Shown: piece by piece, positions 25,710 to 35,740 of the stretch | Layout: the number at the start of each line of letters is the position of its first letter | Numbering within the stretch: the stretch's first letter is position 1 | NCBI GenBank assembly: GCA_938091905.1 | Contig: CALKOM010000085.1 | Coordinates: forward strand, 1-55,212 | Direction of reading: 5' to 3' | DNA: 55,212 nt | Source: an uncultured Verrucomicrobiales bacterium | Lineage (GTDB): Bacteria > Verrucomicrobiota > Verrucomicrobiia > Verrucomicrobiales > DEV007 | Position numbers and translations under genes: made by a program | The notes under the pieces: generated by a model | Told to the model about the DNA's origin: nothing | The model's database searches: none | The model's input: the letters and a program-made list of their open reading frames with translations, nothing else

Positions 25710-28700
25710 TCATTTCACACCGTTTTCCCAGACGCGCACGCGCAGCAGACGGGCGTCGGGGAGAAGCCTATGACTTGGCGTAAACGTGAAGCTAGATTCG
25801 CCTTCCTCGGAGAGAATCCAGCCTTCGTGGAGTGGGGTCCAAATAAGGTGCCCTTGAACCATTTGGCCAGACTCGACAGTGTAGATGCCAGTTCTGGCTG
25901 GCGGACCTTGCCAGCCGAGAGTGATGTCGCTATCTCGAGGCTGAATCGTCGTAAGGTAGGGAAATGAAGTTCTGTCGGTAGGCACGGTCTTAGCGAGGAA
26001 CTCTGTTAAGTTGTTGACGCCGTCGTTGTCAGGATCGGCTGATGGATCTGATTGCGAAAAACTGGCCTCCCACAGATCGGGAAGGCCATCTTGATCTGTG
26101 TCGGCTAATACGGTGAAGTCGATTAGCGTGGCACTCTCACCCACCGCATTGCGCCCAACGATGGCAAGCTGACGTTGTCCCGGTGTATCGACTTGTGCTA
26201 GAATTCGCTGTCCATCGAGAATAAGTTTCCCGCCTTCGTCGATCTCCAATGTTTCGTTGAGGGGATGAGAGAGAAAGGGCAGGGCAACGGGCTGACCTGC
26301 GACAACTTGCAGGTTCAAGGCAGCAGGGAGTTTGGGAGGACCAGACGGAAGGACCTGGAAGGGAGAGGATGTCGCCTGGAATCCAGAAAGTATTTCGGTA
26401 GCCGTTAGGCTTACGCCTGAACTGAAGTCATTGCTTTGCATGGTTAGAAGCCAAACACTAGTCGAGAGTTGATCGGATTCCGTTAGTGCTATATCGAAAG
26501 CTTCCTGCCTGACACTGGGGCCTTCAATACGAGGAACACCATTTCTTGGTAGCCATAGCCAATCGAGCGCTGAATCTGTATCCGTGGCCGTTGACCTTGC
26601 CAAGGTGAGACCAAAGTCCCCTGGATGGATGACCGCAGCACGCGTCCAGAGATCTCCCACGATGGGTGCGCCAGTGTCATCGCTTGGAGCCCAGTGTGAG
26701 AACTCTTCTTCAGTGTAGCCCCAGATCACAAAGTCGACAGCCTCGTTAACGTCATTGATGATCAGCGCCCATCCGCGCTGGCCACCCCGGCGGTCACTTG
26801 GAGGATCATCTGTCCATTGAAGATTAAATCCCAACTGATTTTCTGGGAGATCTAATCGAGTGAAATCTGGTGGAAGATCTAACACGCGACCTGGCGAGTT
26901 GATTCCATGAACAGCATTGATGTCGCGATCCGCCGCGGCATTGAGCAGAATTCTCCAGCCTGTGGTATTGACGTTACGGTCGAGTTTAGTCACCGTGAGT
27001 CCGTCTGTGCCTGAATCTCGAATCTCATTGATGAGGACAGGTGGCCCGTCTCCTCGATCAACGGCTGCCGTGAGCGTTATCTCTCCTGGGGGATCGCGAA
27101 CGAGTCGTCCAATCGCATCGCGAGCCGAGATGGTGGCTTGAAAAGGTAGATTCTGAGTGGCGGAGGCGGGCAACATCTCCCACCGGAGCTGAGCGAAGGG
27201 CCCCGATGACGCGACTTGCAAGACCCAGGGGTGGTCGCTCCTGCCTGTGCCGTTCGTCGCGCTGATGGTGACAAGGAAGGTGCCAAACTCTTCAGGAGCA
27301 CCAGAGATGACACCGAGGTCTGGATCCAAGGTAAGGCCTGGGGGAAGGTTTGTCGCTGCGTAGATCGAAGGTTCGTTTAGTGCCTCGATTTGGTGGATGA
27401 GGAAGTCACCAATGATGGTCGTCGTTTCACTGCTAGAATAGATAAATGGTGGTTCAGGCGCCCCTGGTGTACCGCCGGGCACCGTTCCCGCTTGCCAGTC
27501 CTCACGGTCTTCGCTCATACGGCGAGATTCGCTGCGAGGTACTAGAGTGAAGCCGAGGCCATTGGTAAGCGGGTACCAGTTTGGATTGTAGCCGGTTGCA
27601 AGTATAGAAGGCGAAACGTCTCCGGCGCGGCGGACCGCGAAACGCTCACCCGCGTTATCTAGTCTACCTGCAAAGACTCCTGCGATACGCGGTGCATTTC
27701 CGTAATGAGCGCGGAAGACCGCCTTGTCTGACACTAGCAGAATACGCTCTTGAGGTGCGATTGTGATTGCGGTAAACGAGAATTTAATCCCCGATGAGAA
27801 CTCCAATCCTTCTAGATCAAGCGAGTCGGAACCTACGTTTAATAGCTCAAGCCACTCTGCTTGGCCTGCCCATGGGCGATAATGAATTTCCGAAATTCGG
27901 AGATCGATGAGTGGATCTCGAACGGAGTTTGCATTCGATTGACCGGGAGAAGGCCTCATAAGTGCAATGGCCACACCGGTGGCGTTTGGAATTCTTCCGG
28001 TGCTCGCCTCTGAGTGTTCGCCTTGCCAGAAGATCTGGTCCACCAACTCTCCCGTTGAGGGAAGTTGGAGTGAGGCCATGCCGAACCACGGATCCAATCC
28101 AAATCCTAGATCGTCTGACGTGAGTCTGTAAAAATCATCGGCTCCGAGAAACGAATGGGCTGGCAGACGGTAAGTCTGTGAGGATTTGATGGCGAGTTCC
28201 GAAATGTCGATCGGAAGGGGTGCGGCGTTGGCAAGCTCGATGAAGTCTTCTTGGTAGGCGACTCCTGCAGCAACGTACCACTCGTTAAAGCGAGCTTCAG
28301 TAGTCGAGGCGACGAGGGCGGAGCGATTCAGATTGTTGGGAGTTGGCGTGCCAAGAGCCCAAATGTTAGGATTGGCTGGCAATCGCCCAAGTGTGTGGGT
28401 CGAGAGTTGTCGGCCAAAGGTGATACGGTCCACGATGCGACCTTGTGAATCGTAGAGAGTTAGAGTTTCGCCATCTCGGTCCAGGGCAAATCCATGGTTA
28501 TTGGTTGGCTGCAATGGTAGTACCAAGTAATGCCCCCCTCGGATTTTCGTGTCTTTCGGTAGAATCAAGCGATCGTCACCATCGCCACCAAGTTGAAACC
28601 CAGTGAGTTTTATGGATTGGGTGCCGGGATTGTGTAGTTCGACCCAGTCTGGAAAGGCTCCGTCAATATCTGTGACCTCGTTGGTGGCGGAAATCTCGTT

Positions 28701-31700
28701 AATGACAATACTCGGTATTGTTTGTCCTACGGTCCAGTGGAGCGTTCCAATGGAGGCATCGGCATCTTTTCTATAGTCGAGCTGGTGTAGGCCATCTGAA
28801 AGCTCCTGGAGAACGAGGAAGGCTTCGCGGAACGATCCGGGTTCTGATGGAAGCCATGAAATGGGAATCTTGTTCCAGTCGCCATTGTCGAGTCGATACT
28901 CAACTTGCTCCCAGCCACTGCCGTAGAAGCTGATGAATTGACTACGGGAAGAGGTTTTTGAAAGAGGTACTCCAAGAATAGCTGGCTGATCACGGTCAAC
29001 GAGTCCGAGGTTGTCACCATGAGTTCCTCTGCCGATTCCAAGCGAACTCGCAGCGAGCGTGAAGTTTGAATTGTAGTTCGGGTCTATACCCGAAATGACG
29101 ACGCCTGGACGAACGCTTGTCGTCTTCAGTGTTGCGGCAATGGCAGGATCGAAGAAATTGTGTGTGAATTGCACAAAGCTTTCTTCGAGAATTGCATCCG
29201 AAATGGCTTGGCTGAGTTCAGTAAAAATGTTGTTCGCAATGAATGCCTGGATCTTAGTATCGGTGCCGCCGATTAGTTGTTCGGCATCGTGAATCACACT
29301 GTGCTCAAGGGTCACCTTCGATGCGTCGGTGTAGTGGATGACTTGATTGACACCTAAGAAAAGCTGATTGGCGATTAATAGTTCGCCACCGTTTAGCTGA
29401 ATACCTGTCCAACAGTCCTGAAACTTATTGTTTAGAAGCTTCGCTCGTCCTTCCAATCGAAGTGCGGTATCCGCTCCCATGAAGGTGTTGCCGGAAACGG
29501 TGATGACGGAAGTATCTGAGATTGGGCGTTTGATGATACTTACTTCTCCCAGATGACTCTGTTCTAAAGCTAGGGGAAAGTTGGGCAGTGGCCCACCAGT
29601 GCTGTTGAGCGATCGCCATGAAAGTGAGCTGTTGCTAAGCTGTATTGAGGAGCGATTGAGTGAAAGCGAGAGCCCAATGTGTGAGGATAGATCAAGGTGG
29701 TCGGCTGTCAGGGAAGTGTCTGTAAGGGTGATCGCTGGTAAGCCCACGTGCAGACCTTGAATGAGCAGGTGTGAGAGGCGGTGATTGGTTGAAGGACCTC
29801 GCAGTGTTACCCCCGACCAGAATCGGTCGGTGAGACCACTCAACGTGACTGGACGGCTCTCTGTGCCGTTGACAAGAAGCGTGCCACCAGCGACGATCAA
29901 TTGGACATCGTTTGCAAAGTTTAGAGTTGTTCCTTGCGAGAGCGTGAGGGTGATCCCGCTTGGAACGATAAGATCATCGATAACTCGGTAGATACCTTCC
30001 GCTGAGGAAAGTATGGTGTTCTCTGTGAGTCGTCCTGATAATGTATTTCCAGATTCAATGGGCGTTTTGATGGCAATGGTCTGACTGCTGAAGACCTCTG
30101 CAGATTGGGTCATCGCGTCTATTCGAAGGAGGTTTAATCCCTCTTTGAGTGGGAGTGCCGAGGCATACCATTGGCCGCGACCGCGATCATAGACAACTTC
30201 CTGCCCATTGATCACGACCCGGTCGACGAGTCGAGGACTCACGGTGCCGCTTAGATCGATGGTCGCATTTGTACTTTCATACCTTTCTCCATCGAACGGC
30301 AAATCCAGCATGTTTACCCGTAAAGGGGCATCGATGATCGAGCGGACGTGGTGTCGCCGGGCTCGATTGAACGCCTTGATGCGCTCACGCAGATTTGTTG
30401 GTACATGCGCTAGAATGGTGTCTAACAGAGGCTCGAAGGAGTCGGGATTTAGAACGGTCTCGATGAGGTCGTCGAGGGCTTGGAAATAAAGAGGGCGAAT
30501 GTGGGGGTGATTAAAGAATGCCTCTAGCTGGGGCACACGGGCATCACCGCGGCCAAATCGTGGGTCGAGCATTTGAAAGATGGTCGCTTGGGGGTTTGAG
30601 GTTGTGTCTCCAAGTCCAAAGATGGTGTCTAGATCGTGTGGCAGCAAGACGACGCGCGGATCGGAGGCTCCTTGGTAGATGGAGTAGTCATCATCAATTC
30701 CGTGGCTGAGATTGGTCTCGTTGTTGTTGAGGAGATTCATTAGGGCAAACCAGCGCACCCATTGCTCGATATTGATCACCTCAGACACGGTCTCAACGTA
30801 GACTTGTGGAGGAGTTTCATTGATCGTGACGATGAACTCTTGAAAGCGGGTCCAATCGTTGGCTGAACCATTGGTTTCCTTTGTCCACTGATCAGCGACA
30901 TGCCACTTGGGGGTATTATAGACGACTTGGTCTTCGAAATGAACTCCCCAACGTTTCCTGTCACGGTTTGGATTGGCACTGACTTTCTTGTAGAGATCGC
31001 CCCGACTGTCGCTGGGAAAGGCCTTGTCAACAAATTCGCCGTTCAAAGGCTGGATGTGGGCGTAGGAGCCGTAATGGACATTGAACCGATTGCCTTCGGT
31101 CGCATAGTTGATGCCGTTCAGGCGTAGTTGCACGAAGATGGCTTCGGGTGAGGGGAGCTGGGCTACTTTAAATAGATGGAGGCCGAAGGTTTGGAGGTAG
31201 TTGTATTGCGAGACGAGATTGAGACTAGTTAGGGATCGCCAGGCATTATCTGATGGAAGTGATAGTTTAAAGCTCCGCGGATTGCGGCTTCGGCTTCCGT
31301 TACCGCGATGTCGCAGTCCTGCTTGGTAGCGAATACTTGTATCGCCACGGCGTGTGGTGATGAAGGTGGCGTTCATTTGGGCGTCGCTGCGGGACGGGAA
31401 GGCGTTCGGGCGGAAACGTGCGTCCTCGGGAACGGTCATGACGATTCGGTAGTAGGGCTGATCGCTGGGCTCGAATTCGTCATCGACTTGATAGAGCGCA
31501 TTGGCCGACTGGCTGCCGTCTTCATTGGACGGAGCAGGCCAAGTGCGAGAGGTTTGCCCAACTCCAGCTGCGACGTAGAATTCGATCACGGTCTTGTCAG
31601 GGTATGGGGGAATCGTCGCGGCATAAGATCCGGAAGTCTCTGCGAACATTGGAGAAGTGCGGAACGGACCGGGTTCGAAGCTTGAAGCTCGATAGTGTAG

Positions 31701-32489
31701 GGTGGCAGAAATAACGTCGTTAGGGCGACTCGCAAACTCGGCACGGACAATCACGCGCTCGCGAGCTGTAGGAACAGCGGGATGGTGTTGGACGTTGGCA
31801 ACGATAGGCGCTGTATCAGTTGCCTCCCGACTGTTTCGGTTCCCTGGAGTTCCACCATCGACGAGACTGGATTTCCAGTTCTGACCATTTGCGTTGGGCA
31901 AGTGAGCATCGACGAGCTCCAGGGAATAGCCATCTCCATCAGAGGGCGCGACCCATTCCCAACTTGCTTGCCCGAGTAAATCTATCTGTCTTCGTGCAGC
32001 CCAATCGCCCTGGTCGGCATAGTGCACTTCATCGATGGTGTCGCCAGTGGCATTCAGTAGACGGATCCGCTCACCTCGATTGCTCAATCGACCTGTCCAC
32101 GGTCCTAGCAGGTGAGCAATATCGCTGAATACCTCTGCGGTTGGATCGGCCGCGATCACGACCATCCCATCAGCCGGGATTTCGATGTCTGGGAGGGTAA
32201 AATGGATCCCACGATCAAACTTCCACTCTGCGAGGCTGATCGATTCAGAACTTCGATTCCAGAGTTCAACAAACTCTTGGGCTACCGGCTCCTTTTCATT
32301 CACGTGGCGTGGATGAAACATGATCTCGCTAACGATGATCTGAGCCCAGACTGAGCTCGTGATTAGCAGGGAAAAGAAGGCAAAGCTGAGCGTTAAGCGT
32401 ATGAAGTGGGGCTTCAAGAGCGGAGTTTGGGGGCAGAGGAATCTCACCAAGACGGTATTCTTGGTGAGATTTATTGTCAATTGGCGCAC
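25710..32489 (-). CDS. Giant secreted protein: lamin-tail domains + CotH kinase + beta-helix + Ig-like (He_PIG) + DGxxD motif
   Basis: LTD motifs (SEIMFHP..EFVELWN, INEISA..DWVELHN, ISEIHY..EWLELLN); CotH motifs RHRGNGSR, SFKL, PHDLD; LPPGLTLDP..GVISGAP; DTDQDGLPDLWE. Exact start uncertain. Confidence 0.88.
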   Translation of the reverse strand: MRQLTINLTKNTVLVRFLCPQTPLLKPHFIRLTLSFAFFSLLITSSVWAQIIVSEIMFHPRHVNEKEPVAQEFVELWNRSSESISLAEWKFDRGIHFTLPDIEIPADGMVVIAADPTAEVFSDIAHLLGPWTGRLSNRGERIRLLNATGDTIDEVHYADQGDWAARRQIDLLGQASWEWVAPSDGDGYSLELVDAHLPNANGQNWKSSLVDGGTPGNRNSREATDTAPIVANVQHHPAVPTARERVIVRAEFASRPNDVISATLHYRASSFEPGPFRTSPMFAETSGSYAATIPPYPDKTVIEFYVAAGVGQTSRTWPAPSNEDGSQSANALYQVDDEFEPSDQPYYRIVMTVPEDARFRPNAFPSRSDAQMNATFITTRRGDTSIRYQAGLRHRGNGSRSRNPRSFKLSLPSDNAWRSLTSLNLVSQYNYLQTFGLHLFKVAQLPSPEAIFVQLRLNGINYATEGNRFNVHYGSYAHIQPLNGEFVDKAFPSDSRGDLYKKVSANPNRDRKRWGVHFEDQVVYNTPKWHVADQWTKETNGSANDWTRFQEFIVTINETPPQVYVETVSEVINIEQWVRWFALMNLLNNNETNLSHGIDDDYSIYQGASDPRVVLLPHDLDTIFGLGDTTSNPQATIFQMLDPRFGRGDARVPQLEAFFNHPHIRPLYFQALDDLIETVLNPDSFEPLLDTILAHVPTNLRERIKAFNRARRHHVRSIIDAPLRVNMLDLPFDGERYESTNATIDLSGTVSPRLVDRVVINGQEVVYDRGRGQWYASALPLKEGLNLLRIDAMTQSAEVFSSQTIAIKTPIESGNTLSGRLTENTILSSAEGIYRVIDDLIVPSGITLTLSQGTTLNFANDVQLIVAGGTLLVNGTESRPVTLSGLTDRFWSGVTLRGPSTNHRLSHLLIQGLHVGLPAITLTDTSLTADHLDLSSHIGLSLSLNRSSIQLSNSSLSWRSLNSTGGPLPNFPLALEQSHLGEVSIIKRPISDTSVITVSGNTFMGADTALRLEGRAKLLNNKFQDCWTGIQLNGGELLIANQLFLGVNQVIHYTDASKVTLEHSVIHDAEQLIGGTDTKIQAFIANNIFTELSQAISDAILEESFVQFTHNFFDPAIAATLKTTSVRPGVVISGIDPNYNSNFTLAASSLGIGRGTHGDNLGLVDRDQPAILGVPLSKTSSRSQFISFYGSGWEQVEYRLDNGDWNKIPISWLPSEPGSFREAFLVLQELSDGLHQLDYRKDADASIGTLHWTVGQTIPSIVINEISATNEVTDIDGAFPDWVELHNPGTQSIKLTGFQLGGDGDDRLILPKDTKIRGGHYLVLPLQPTNNHGFALDRDGETLTLYDSQGRIVDRITFGRQLSTHTLGRLPANPNIWALGTPTPNNLNRSALVASTTEARFNEWYVAAGVAYQEDFIELANAAPLPIDISELAIKSSQTYRLPAHSFLGADDFYRLTSDDLGFGLDPWFGMASLQLPSTGELVDQIFWQGEHSEASTGRIPNATGVAIALMRPSPGQSNANSVRDPLIDLRISEIHYRPWAGQAEWLELLNVGSDSLDLEGLEFSSGIKFSFTAITIAPQERILLVSDKAVFRAHYGNAPRIAGVFAGRLDNAGERFAVRRAGDVSPSILATGYNPNWYPLTNGLGFTLVPRSESRRMSEDREDWQAGTVPGGTPGAPEPPFIYSSSETTTIIGDFLIHQIEALNEPSIYAATNLPPGLTLDPDLGVISGAPEEFGTFLVTISATNGTGRSDHPWVLQVASSGPFAQLRWEMLPASATQNLPFQATISARDAIGRLVRDPPGEITLTAAVDRGDGPPVLINEIRDSGTDGLTVTKLDRNVNTTGWRILLNAAADRDINAVHGINSPGRVLDLPPDFTRLDLPENQLGFNLQWTDDPPSDRRGGQRGWALIINDVNEAVDFVIWGYTEEEFSHWAPSDDTGAPIVGDLWTRAAVIHPGDFGLTLARSTATDTDSALDWLWLPRNGVPRIEGPSVRQEAFDIALTESDQLSTSVWLLTMQSNDFSSGVSLTATEILSGFQATSSPFQVLPSGPPKLPAALNLQVVAGQPVALPFLSHPLNETLEIDEGGKLILDGQRILAQVDTPGQRQLAIVGRNAVGESATLIDFTVLADTDQDGLPDLWEASFSQSDPSADPDNDGVNNLTEFLAKTVPTDRTSFPYLTTIQPRDSDITLGWQGPPARTGIYTVESGQMVQGHLIWTPLHEGWILSEEGESSFTFTPSHRLLPDARLLRVRVWENGVK

Positions 32490-32560
32490 AGCCCTACAAA
32501 GCTACCTGGCACTTTATCAGGGGCGTTATTCTCAAAGATACCGCCCGAGAGCTGATCCAA

Positions 32561-32956
32561 CTAGCCGCCTGTGGCGAAGAGGAGGAGGGCCATATCGGCA
32601 TCCTCAGGTGCCAGATCATCCATGCTTGCGAGTTCCTCAAGGTGAATGAGACGATACAAATCAGACATGGCTTCGTCTGAATGGCTGTCTAGCTCGACGA
32701 GATCACTCTCGAGTTTAACACGAGAGGAATGGGCTAGTCCGATGATCAGAAGTAGGAGGACGGCGGCCGCAGCCCCCATGACACTGCCCGGACCCATGAT
32801 GGCAGGAAAGGCAACCAACTTCGAATTCTCTGGACGCTCTTGAACTGGAAGGCGCTGAAGAAGAGAAGCCGTAAAATCAGGGGCCACTTCCGGCTGGCGC
32901 CATCCTTGTAGGAGGACATCCAGTTGCTCTTCACTTCGCTGTTCAATGGTGCTCAT
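32561..32956 (-). CDS. Anti-sigma-factor-like single-pass membrane protein
   Basis: Start re-set to MSTIEQ; LDVLLQGWRQPEVAPDFTASLLQRL, then TM AAAAVLLLLIIGL and an acidic tail. Confidence 0.55.
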   Translation of the reverse strand: MSTIEQRSEEQLDVLLQGWRQPEVAPDFTASLLQRLPVQERPENSKLVAFPAIMGPGSVMGAAAAVLLLLIIGLAHSSRVKLESDLVELDSHSDEAMSDLYRLIHLEELASMDDLAPEDADMALLLFATGG

Positions 32957-33107
32957 TTTCAATACAATCCCGTAAGCAGCTAGTAACCAACCATACGTGA
33001 AAAGGTTGCATGATATATCGCTAATTCTATTTAATCTGGCCAAGCGACTGGCGCAACGATTTTGTGACCTCACCGGATTGGAGGCTCAGGACTGTCAACC
33101 AATTGTG

Positions 33108-34580
33108 CTACTGAGTTAGGGTTCCTTTCAGTGGTGTCAGTTTCTTAGGGCCGAAAGCCACATTCCACTCGGGTTGTTGGCTGATTCTGTTGTCCTTGAA
33201 GGTAATGTGTAAGGTCAGGGTGTATGGAGTGCGTGTGTAGTAGGTACGATAAATAAGTGTTTCTGGCGAAGACCAGGCAGCCTGGCTCACGGCCTTCGCC
33301 GATGACTGAGGGTCTAGGCGTGTGTTTAAGGCTAGCCCAAGATCCTGCATGGAGGCAGCTTTCCCTTTCATCCTGAATGCCAACTGTGCACGTCCATCCT
33401 TCTGGACGAAGATCAGCTCCTCGAAGCCGTGTGAGTTCTCAGCGAACTGATAGCGCTTATTCAGAAAGGGCGCTACCTGCTGATCCATAGGATTCCCCTT
33501 GAGGTTCGGAAGTTTAAGATTGCTTAGATATGTGGAGAGAGCTGACTGGGCCTTGGCATTCTCCGGAATGGCAACGGGCGCTAGCGCAGGAAGAAGGTAT
33601 TCCCAAATGACATTCATCACCCCCTGCATGTCGCTGGTGCCACTGGTGATGGCGACTACCGTGTCCTGATCGGGTAGGACGAGGCAGAATTGGCCAAACG
33701 CTCCGTCTCCACGGTAGGCGTTGTAGCGGCATCGCCAGAATTGATAGCCGTAGCCTTGGTCCCAATCGTTGTTTGGATTACTTCCATTGGAGGTCTGCCG
33801 AGCAGTGGCAGCGGCCACCCAGTCCGCGGGAAGAAGGCGTTGGCCCCGCCATTCACCTTTTTGGAGGTAAAGTTGACCGAGTTTGGCAATGTCTTCCGTC
33901 TTCACATTGAGGCCATAGCCGCCAAGCGACACCCTTTCGGGGCAAGTTTCCCAGTGAGAGTCCTCGATGCCCAACTGAGGGAATAGGCGTGCCTTCAAGT
34001 AGTCATGGGCAGTCTTGCCCGTGACCCTCTGGACAATGGCAGAACACATGTAGGTGGCAGGGGTGTTGTAGAGGAAATGAGTGCCCGGCTTGTGAGCGAC
34101 GGGAAGGTGCAGGAAGGCTTTTGCTAGAGGTCCGTCGGATTCTGCGAACGAGAATTTCTGAAGATCTCATCCCACATGGCCTGTCGACATGCTGAGGAGA
34201 TCGCGTATTCGCATGTTCTTAAGGTGATAGCTTGGCGATGCCGGTGCGTGCTCGGGAAAGAAGGAGACCACGGTATCGTCTAGACTGAGTTTGCCTTCGG
34301 CGATGGCCATGCCCACGGCTGTGGATGTAAAGCTTTTGCTCAGCGAGTAGAGCTTGTGGCGGCGTTGTGCTGTGTACGGCTGCCACCAACCTTCCGCAAT
34401 AACTTGGCCGTGACGGACGATCATCGTGCTATGCACCGCATCGATTTCGGATAGTTTCTTAAAGACCGTATCGAGCGCAGACGACGCCACCCCTTGAGAT
34501 TCGGGAGCTGCCCGAGGGAGAGGATCAGCGATCACGATTCCGGTGAGGGCGATACAGGCGAGTGCAAACAAGGCTTTCAT
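33108..34580 (-). pseudogene. Class C beta-lactamase-like serine hydrolase interrupted by one in-frame TGA
   Basis: ORFs 34167-34580 (signal peptide, YSLSKSFT, DLLSMSTG) and 33108-34049 are in the same frame; reading past TGA 34167-34169 gives DLQKFSF...KPGTHFLYN. Confidence 0.85.
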
Positions 34581-34640
34581 ACCAGCAGTGTGCCACGACA
34601 TTCCGCTTCCAAGAAGCTCAGTCTTGCGCATAGTCTGTGC

Positions 34641-35735
34641 ATGACCGATCCCCGCATTCAGAAGCTTGCAAAGCAACTCGTGACTCATTCGACATCCCTT
34701 AAAAAGGGAGAGCATGTGCTGATCGATGCCTTTGATGTTCCTTCGGAAATGCCTGTGGCACTGATCAGGGCTGCCCGGGATGTGGGCGCCTTCCCCCATG
34801 TGCAACTGCATGATTCCCTTGTGACTCGAGAATTGGGTGTCGCGGCTGAGGACGCGCGTTTGGATGTTCTGAGTAAGAACGCGCTACATCAGATGAAGTC
34901 CATGGATGCTTACATTGCGATTCGTGGTTCTCACAACATTAATGAAATGGCCGACGTGGAGCCTGATGTGATGAAGGCTATCATGAAGAAGGCGCGGCGC
35001 GTCTTGAATTATCGGGTGAATGAGACGCGTTGGTGTGTCCTGCGTTGGCCGACCTCTTCGATGGCGCAGCAAGCGGGGATGAGCACGGCGGCCTTCGAAG
35101 ATTTCTACTTCAAAGTTTGTTTGTTAGACTACAAGAAGCTCTTGCCCGCAATGAGGGCTTTGAAGAAGCGGATGGAAGCGGCGGACGAAGTGCACATCAC
35201 GGGTCCTGGAACTGATCTCAAATTCAGCATCAAAAACATCCCTGCGATCGCCTGCGGTGGGGAATACAATATCCCGGACGGCGAAGTCTTCACGGCACCA
35301 ATCAAGAATTCCATCAATGGTACTCTGTCTTACAATGCGCCGTCGATTTATCAGGGAACGAGCTTCGATCAAGTGAAGTTCCGTTTTGAAAAGGGGAAGA
35401 TTATCGAAGCTACCGCGAACAATACGGAGAAGTTGAACGAGATCCTCGATTCAGATGCAGGCGCGCGATTCATTGGAGAGTTTGCCATTGGATTCAATCG
35501 AGAGATTAAGCATCCTATGCGCGACATCCTCTTCGATGAGAAGATTGGCGGCTCCTTTCATTTCACGCCAGGACAGTGTTATGAACAGGCTTCCAACGGC
35601 AACAAGAGCCAGATTCATTGGGACTTGGTTTGCATTCAACGATCAGACTACGGTGGGGGAGAGATTGCCTTTGATGGCGAGGTGATTCGTCGAAATGGCA
35701 AGTTTCTTGCCAAGGATCTCAAGCCTCTGAACTAG
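34641..35735 (+). CDS. Aminopeptidase, M29 (AmpS/AmpT) family
   Basis: Start re-set to MTDPRI; NIPDGEVFTAP, GARFIGEFAIG, LFDEKIGGSFH.TPG..Y, N.SQIHWD. Confidence 0.93.
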   Translation: MTDPRIQKLAKQLVTHSTSLKKGEHVLIDAFDVPSEMPVALIRAARDVGAFPHVQLHDSLVTRELGVAAEDARLDVLSKNALHQMKSMDAYIAIRGSHNINEMADVEPDVMKAIMKKARRVLNYRVNETRWCVLRWPTSSMAQQAGMSTAAFEDFYFKVCLLDYKKLLPAMRALKKRMEAADEVHITGPGTDLKFSIKNIPAIACGGEYNIPDGEVFTAPIKNSINGTLSYNAPSIYQGTSFDQVKFRFEKGKIIEATANNTEKLNEILDSDAGARFIGEFAIGFNREIKHPMRDILFDEKIGGSFHFTPGQCYEQASNGNKSQIHWDLVCIQRSDYGGGEIAFDGEVIRRNGKFLAKDLKPLN

Positions 35736-35740
35736 CGGCG

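Noticed and set aside
34167..34169. Selenocysteine at the in-frame TGA
   Set aside because: The position is a variable loop of a serine hydrolase, not a redox Cys site, and I saw no convincing SECIS-like hairpin after it
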